From assembly GCA_900538705.1 (NCBI GenBank), contig UPZG01000005.1, forward strand, positions 39,415 through 103,414: a stretch of DNA of 64,000 nt, written 5' to 3'. The DNA comes from an uncultured Porphyromonadaceae bacterium (GTDB lineage: Bacteria > Bacteroidota > Bacteroidia > Bacteroidales > Barnesiellaceae_A). The first letter of the stretch is position 1, and every line of letters starts with the position of its first letter. A program made the position numbers and the translations under genes. The notes beneath the pieces were generated by a model. The model was not told the origin of the DNA, did not search any database, and saw only the letters and a list, made by a program, of their open reading frames with translations. Positions 58,817 to 64,000 of the stretch are shown here, piece by piece.

Positions 58817-59896
58817 TTATAATTCGCCTCTAAGATACCAACGATAGAGTTTCTCTACACCTTCCTCTATCTCTATGCGGTGATGCCAACCCAGGTTGTG
58901 CAGTTTCGTCACATCCGTGAGCTTGCGCATGGTTCCATCGGGTTTCGTTGCGTCAAAACGCAATTCGCCGGTATAACCCACAGTCTTCACTATCAACTCG
59001 GCTACACCACGTATTGAAATTTCCTTACCGGTACCTACATTAATATGGCAATTGCGTATATCTTTCTGTCCGGGTGCATAGGTATCGACAAAATCGACAT
59101 GCTCCAGCACGTAAACCGACGCATCGGCCATCTCCTCACTCCAAAGGAACTCTCTAAGCGGCGTACCCGTACCCCATAAGGTAACAGCATCGGCTGTAAT
59201 GCCATAACGCTCGAGGATAGCGGTGATGTCGTTTTCTGAAGCTTTCCCGTCGACCTGCTCTACAGGACGAATATCTAGGTCTCGTCTTACGGCATCCCAA
59301 TTACCCGTGTGCAGAAGATGAGCCAGATGGATTTTACGAATCATAGCAGGAAGCACATGGCTGTTTTCGAGATGGAAATTATCGTGCGGACCATAAAGGT
59401 TGGTGGGCATGACAGCAATATAATTGGTACCATATTGAAGGTTAAAGCTCTCGCACATCTTCAATCCAGCAATCTTGGCAATAGCATAGGGCTCGTTGGT
59501 ATATTCAAGCGGCGATGTGAGCAAAACCTCCTCTTTCATAGGCTGGGGAGCCTCACGCGGATAGATGCATGTACTGCCAAGGAAAAGCAGTTTCTTTACT
59601 CCATGACGGAAACTCTCGCCAATGACATTCTGTTGAATTTGAAGGTTTTGATAGATAAAGTCGGCACGATAACGACTGTTTGCCATTATACCGCCCACAT
59701 GTGCGGCAGCAAGTACTACATACTGAGGCTGTTGCTCATCGAAGAAACGGCGTACAGCAACGCCGTCAAGCAAATCGAGCTCCTTGTGAGTCCGACCTAC
59801 CAAATTGGTATACCCCTTGCTCGCCAAATTATTCCAAATGGCCGAACCTACCAAACCGCGATGGCCGGCTACATATATCTTGGCATCCTTCTCCAT
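58817..59896 (-). CDS. fcl: GDP-L-fucose synthase (GDP-4-keto-6-deoxy-D-mannose 3,5-epimerase/4-reductase)
   Basis: 359 aa. Contains IYVAGHRGLVGSAI...GSTCIYP...YAIAKIAG. It lies directly downstream of gmd. Confidence 0.92.
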   Translation of the reverse strand: MEKDAKIYVAGHRGLVGSAIWNNLASKGYTNLVGRTHKELDLLDGVAVRRFFDEQQPQYVVLAAAHVGGIMANSRYRADFIYQNLQIQQNVIGESFRHGVKKLLFLGSTCIYPREAPQPMKEEVLLTSPLEYTNEPYAIAKIAGLKMCESFNLQYGTNYIAVMPTNLYGPHDNFHLENSHVLPAMIRKIHLAHLLHTGNWDAVRRDLDIRPVEQVDGKASENDITAILERYGITADAVTLWGTGTPLREFLWSEEMADASVYVLEHVDFVDTYAPGQKDIRNCHINVGTGKEISIRGVAELIVKTVGYTGELRFDATKPDGTMRKLTDVTKLHNLGWHHRIEIEEGVEKLYRWYLRGEL

Positions 59897-59897
59897 A

Positions 59898-60971
59898 TCA
59901 AATTTGTGATTTAATATGTAATTTCTTTACAAAGTGCATATCATGCTCTACCATGATGCGTACCAACTCATGGAACGAAGTCTTGCGAGGATTCCAGCCC
60001 AAGAGCGTTTTTGCTTTTGTAGGATCGCCCAAAAGTTGTTCTACCTCTGCCGGACGGAAATATTTGGGATCTACCTCAACCAGAACACGGCCGGTAGCCA
60101 CATCAATACCTTTCTCGTCGACGCCCTTACCTTCCCAACGAAGCTCTATACCCACCTCTTTGAAGGCCAACGTACAGAACTCTCGTACCGTATGATACTC
60201 ACCGGTAGCTATGACAAAATCTTCAGGAGTCTCATGTTGCAGGATGAGCCACATACACTCGACATAATCTTTGGCATAACCCCAGTCGCGTAACGAATCG
60301 AGATTTCCCAAATAGAGCTTGTCTTGGAAACCTTGCACGATGCGTGCTGCGGCCAAAGTGATTTTACGGGTAACAAAGTTCTCGCCTCGACGCTCACTTT
60401 CGTGATTGAATAAGATACCGTTAACAGCGAACATGCCATATGACTCGCGATAGTTCTTGGTAATCCAGAAACCATATTGTTTGGCTACACCGTAAGGCGA
60501 ACGAGGATAGAAAGGCGTGGTCTCCTTCTGTGGAATCTCTTGTACTTTACCAAACAGCTCGCTGGTTGAAGCCTGATAAATGCGGCATTTTTTTTCGAGG
60601 CCGAGGATACGAACGGCTTCAAGCAGACGGAGTGTACCCACAGCATCGGCCTCGGCAGTATATTCGGGAACATCGAAGCTCACCTTTACATGGCTCTGTG
60701 CTGCGAGATTATATATCTCGTCGGGTTGAATCATCTGTATGATACGAATCAACGATGAAGAATCGGTCATATCGGCATAATGAAGATTAACCAACGGTTT
60801 GTTCTTCATATCGCGCACCCACTCATCGAGATAAAGATGCTCTATACGACCAGTATTGAACGACGAACTACGACGTAGCGTACCGTGAACTTCATATCCT
60901 TTTTCTAACAAAAATTCGGCTAAAAACGAGCCATCTTGCCCGGTAATACCTGTAATAAGTGCTTTCTTCAT
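59898..60971 (-). CDS. gmd: GDP-mannose 4,6-dehydratase
   Basis: [30 protein letters not shown]...QASTSELFG...[10 protein letters not shown]. Confidence 0.95.
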   Translation of the reverse strand: MKKALITGITGQDGSFLAEFLLEKGYEVHGTLRRSSSFNTGRIEHLYLDEWVRDMKNKPLVNLHYADMTDSSSLIRIIQMIQPDEIYNLAAQSHVKVSFDVPEYTAEADAVGTLRLLEAVRILGLEKKCRIYQASTSELFGKVQEIPQKETTPFYPRSPYGVAKQYGFWITKNYRESYGMFAVNGILFNHESERRGENFVTRKITLAAARIVQGFQDKLYLGNLDSLRDWGYAKDYVECMWLILQHETPEDFVIATGEYHTVREFCTLAFKEVGIELRWEGKGVDEKGIDVATGRVLVEVDPKYFRPAEVEQLLGDPTKAKTLLGWNPRKTSFHELVRIMVEHDMHFVKKLHIKSQI

Positions 60972-60981
60972 TTTATATCGG

Positions 60982-61950
60982 TTATTTGTTTTTATTTACG
61001 AAACTTTCTATGGTAAGCCGCAAGCCATCGGCAGCATGCACAGGCATGGTATCGATGGAAAGTGCTTGTTTTATCTTATGGTTGCTCACCACATAATTTT
61101 CGGTGAGTTTTCGCAACCGTTCGGGATTAAGCGGAAGATGTAGTATTCCACCGACACGTGCCAAACCCGTCATTACACCTTTTTCGACATGCAATAAACG
61201 AGGCTTCTTGCCCAATACACTGCATATAACAGTAATCAGTTCGTTGGTAGAGAGGCTCTCATCATCGCCCATATTGTAGACGCCTCCGGGAGCAGTACCC
61301 TCAATAAGGCGACCTATAACGTAACAAAGATTATCGACACTCGTAAAGGTGCGTCGATTGTCAAAAGCCGCCAACGGCCACGGCATTCCGGTGCGTACCA
61401 CATTATATAGCAAGTTGAGATTACCTTTATTTCCCGGACCGTGTATCATGCAGGGACGCAGAATATACACCAGCTTCCCTCCTGGTAAGCTATACACACC
61501 ATCGGTAATGCTTGCATGTGAACGAATATACTCCTCGGCTGCAAGTTTGCTTTCGCCGTAAGGTCCTTTGGGCGAAGGCACTACCTCTTCGGTAAGAATT
61601 GTATTGCCAACCGTATCGGCTGCGGCCTTGACAGACGAGAAAAAAATAAAAATACGAGCCTGAGAAGTAAGAAAATAATCGAAGATTTTTTTCGTCAACC
61701 CGGTGTTAATATCAAAATAGGTCTGAGCAGCAGCTTCGTTTTTAGTATCGTGAGCCTTACCTGCCAAATGAATAATAGCATCGACAGGTGGCAGAGAACC
61801 GCTGTCAAGGTCGTTCCACGAATAAGTGGCTACAACCCCATCCTTATGAGGTGCCACAATGTCGAGACCATATATAGAATGCTTTGCAGCATGGGCACGC
61901 ACTAAATTGCTTCCCACAAAACCGTGTATGCCAGTTATGAGCAAATTCAT
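60982..61950 (-). CDS. NAD-dependent epimerase/dehydratase family protein (extended SDR); substrate unknown
   Basis: Contains [12 protein letters not shown] (GxxGxxG) and the YGESK catalytic YxxxK. Confidence 0.82.
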   Translation of the reverse strand: MNLLITGIHGFVGSNLVRAHAAKHSIYGLDIVAPHKDGVVATYSWNDLDSGSLPPVDAIIHLAGKAHDTKNEAAAQTYFDINTGLTKKIFDYFLTSQARIFIFFSSVKAAADTVGNTILTEEVVPSPKGPYGESKLAAEEYIRSHASITDGVYSLPGGKLVYILRPCMIHGPGNKGNLNLLYNVVRTGMPWPLAAFDNRRTFTSVDNLCYVIGRLIEGTAPGGVYNMGDDESLSTNELITVICSVLGKKPRLLHVEKGVMTGLARVGGILHLPLNPERLRKLTENYVVSNHKIKQALSIDTMPVHAADGLRLTIESFVNKNK

Positions 61951-62714
61951 TTTTTATCGGGATTTAAGTACTCAAATATTTTGATGAAATATTTCATCAT
62001 AACCATGGGCATGTTAGTATAGATGCCATTTTCGCGACAGGCACGTACTATCTCACGATTGAGCAACCAATTGCTGCGCCACGACGATGTACTTGCACCA
62101 CCAGTACGCATCTTTATAAAATCATACGCTAAATATCTGGCACACAATTGATATGTATAAAGGAAGCGTATGAGTAGTTCATAATCGGCTGCAATACGAT
62201 AGTCGGTACGGTAATAGCCATAATCATCGAAGAAATGACGGTAAGTGAAGAACGTAGGGTGAGCCGGCATCCAACCATACCGAAACTTACGAGGTGTAAA
62301 ACGTTGTGAAGAGTAATAACGGATAGTACGGTTCAAGTCGTCGGGTCGTACAAAACGGACATCTCCATATACAGCTTGCACAGTAGAATCGGCAAAACAT
62401 TCTGCAACCCGTGAAATAACGTCATCGTGGTTGTAGAAATCGTCACTGTTGACGGTACCCACAACATCGCCTGTTGCCATACGTATGCCTTTGTTCATAG
62501 CATCGTATATTCCTTTGTCAGGCTCGCTTATCCAGCGCATACGACCATCGAAACGAGGCTCGTACGACTGCAACAAAGTTACTGTATCGTCGCTAGATGC
62601 ACCATCAACAACAATATACTCTATATCGGCATAGTCTTGCGCCAAGACGCTCTCTATAGTGTCGCGTAGTGTATGAGCGGCATTGTATGTAGCTGTGACA
62701 ATGCTTATCTTCAC
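61947..62714 (-). CDS. glycosyltransferase family 2 protein
   Basis: Contains KISIVTATYNAAHTLRDTIESVLAQDY...VDGASSDDT...DKGIYDAMNKG. I chose the GTG at 62714, which forms a GTGA overlap with the manC stop. The ATG at 62759 would overlap manC by 49 nt. Confidence 0.82.
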   Translation of the reverse strand: MKISIVTATYNAAHTLRDTIESVLAQDYADIEYIVVDGASSDDTVTLLQSYEPRFDGRMRWISEPDKGIYDAMNKGIRMATGDVVGTVNSDDFYNHDDVISRVAECFADSTVQAVYGDVRFVRPDDLNRTIRYYSSQRFTPRKFRYGWMPAHPTFFTYRHFFDDYGYYRTDYRIAADYELLIRFLYTYQLCARYLAYDFIKMRTGGASTSSWRSNWLLNREIVRACRENGIYTNMPMVMMKYFIKIFEYLNPDKK

Positions 62715-63760
62715 TCGGCCGAAAACTCTTTGATACGTTGTTCTTCGCTCAACTGGCATATCAGGATGGTATCGTCTTTCTCGGCAACGATATAACCATC
62801 GAGACCTTGTATGATAACTTTCCGCTCCTCAGGAACGTGTACCACACAGTTTTTACTATCGTACATCTTCACATTGCCTACCATGGCATTGCCATTGGCA
62901 TCGTGCGAAAGATGAGTGTGCAACGACCCCCATGTACCCAAGTCGCTCCAACCGAAATCGGCAGGCAAAACGAATATATCGGGCGATTTCTCCATAACGG
63001 CATAATCGATGGAAATACTCTCGCACTGCGGGAAAAGAGATTTTACAGCCTCTTCCTCAGCAGGCGTATAGTAATAGGCTTGTAACTCATCAAATATGGC
63101 TGCAAGAGCCGGACAATAACGTGTTATGGAATCGACAATAGTATTGACGTTCCACACGAAGATACCGGCATTCCAAAAATAATTACCCGCTGCGATGTAT
63201 GATTTAGCCACCTCAAGAGTGGGTTTCTCCTTAAATTGGAGAACCTTACAAATATCTGTTCCTGACAACCTGTCTCCGGCAGCGATGTATCCGTAGCCTG
63301 TCTCAGGGCGATTGGGACGAATACCTATTGTCACTATGGCATTGCTATCGGCCGTAAAATCGAGAGCTACTGAAATGATACGGCGATACTCGACAGGGTC
63401 AAGGACCAAAGCATCACTGGGCGTAACTACAATATTGGCATCGGGAAAATGCTTCCGTATCTTCCATCCAACAAAAGCAATACACGGAGCTGTATTGCGA
63501 CGACAAGGTTCGGCAAGTATATTACAGGTAGGGACATCGGGCAATTGTTCTTGCACCAATGGTACATATTGCTCTGAGGTTACCACCCATATATGGTCAG
63601 GAGGACATACGCCGCTAAAACGGTCGACCGTAAGTTGCAACAAACTACGACCACATCCCATTACATCAATAAACTGCTTGGGACGCTCGGGTGTACTCAT
63701 CGGCCAAAAGCGGCTTCCAATACCACCGGCCATTATAACTACATGGTTTCTGTTATTCAT
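62711..63760 (-). CDS. manC: mannose-1-phosphate guanylyltransferase
   Basis: Contains MNNRNHVVIMAGGIGSRFWPMSTPERPKQF. I chose the ATG at 63760 because a -7 box at 63781-63788 lies inside the longer ORF. Confidence 0.88.
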   Translation of the reverse strand: MNNRNHVVIMAGGIGSRFWPMSTPERPKQFIDVMGCGRSLLQLTVDRFSGVCPPDHIWVVTSEQYVPLVQEQLPDVPTCNILAEPCRRNTAPCIAFVGWKIRKHFPDANIVVTPSDALVLDPVEYRRIISVALDFTADSNAIVTIGIRPNRPETGYGYIAAGDRLSGTDICKVLQFKEKPTLEVAKSYIAAGNYFWNAGIFVWNVNTIVDSITRYCPALAAIFDELQAYYYTPAEEEAVKSLFPQCESISIDYAVMEKSPDIFVLPADFGWSDLGTWGSLHTHLSHDANGNAMVGNVKMYDSKNCVVHVPEERKVIIQGLDGYIVAEKDDTILICQLSEEQRIKEFSAE

Positions 63761-63780
63761 GATACTATCTTTTATTGTTG

Positions 63781-63788
63781 CAAATATA
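63781..63788 (-). promoter_or_regulatory. -7 promoter box TATATTTG for the manC-to-wecA-like glycan operon
   Basis: Minus-strand TAnnTTTG match 20 nt upstream of the ATG at 63760. Confidence 0.5.
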
Positions 63789-64000
63789 GTGAAATGAGAG
63801 AGTAGAGACAAACGGAAATGACGTTTTTGAATTAACCGTTACGAAACAATGTCCCATAGTTCTTCAATACATTACATTTATTATTTTATAATCCATTTTG
63901 ATACATCTCATCCTAATTACCGCTTACCCCACTTATTAATTACAAAACTATATTATAGTTATGCCTTATATAATCCTTAATTTTCTCACGGTCGTTTCCA

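Overview
The window looks like a chromosomal segment of a Bacteroidales bacterium. Three things support this: TAnnTTTG -7 promoter boxes sit in front of many genes, Shine-Dalgarno sequences are almost absent, and signal peptides tend to end just before Gln. Two T9SS C-terminal sorting domains place it in a T9SS-bearing lineage, but the genus cannot be determined from sequence alone. Most of the window is dense housekeeping DNA, including:
- central carbon metabolism: a phosphohexomutase fragment, eno, gpmI, the PPi-dependent phosphofructokinase pfp, and a glycogen trio (debranching-type enzyme, GT4, GH57)
- information processing: rpoD, rpsP, rsmD, an SF1 helicase, a DEAD-box helicase and an ABC-F ATPase
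- envelope and transport: peptidases of families C69, M23, M13, M6 and HtrA, plus a TolC/HlyD/MFS efflux operon and a MATE pump
- a GDP-fucose-centred glycan operon at 56.2-63.8 kb that also encodes a UbiA-type prenyl-phosphate phosphoribosyltransferase-like enzyme and a HAD phosphatase

I saw no rRNA, tRNA, CRISPR array, integrase or transposase.

The stand-out region is a visibly AT-rich five-gene operon at 42218-49857, wedged between gpmI and pfp. All five products carry signal peptides: a TPR/acidic-repeat/Sel1-repeat giant, a class-3-lipase-like serine hydrolase with a long helical N-terminus, two orphans (one with an NTF2-like C-terminal half), and a TPR protein ending in an 8-strand beta-barrel-like domain. 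I cannot map this operon to any characterised secretion, PUL, fimbrial or toxin system, so it is my best candidate for an undescribed envelope or secreted system.

Secondary oddities:
- an 83-bp tandem repeat (2.3 copies) that carries a hairpin plus T-run and a -7 box in each full unit
- the uncharacterised NifU-like/GGGtGRT gene pair, with a rare strong SD
- a 35-codon uORF coupled by ATGA to the MATE pump
- two predicted leaderless genes
- a nested inverted-repeat element at 54.9-55.1 kb

Several ORF-track starts are TTG-extended. I re-anchored them to downstream ATGs using promoter-box positions.
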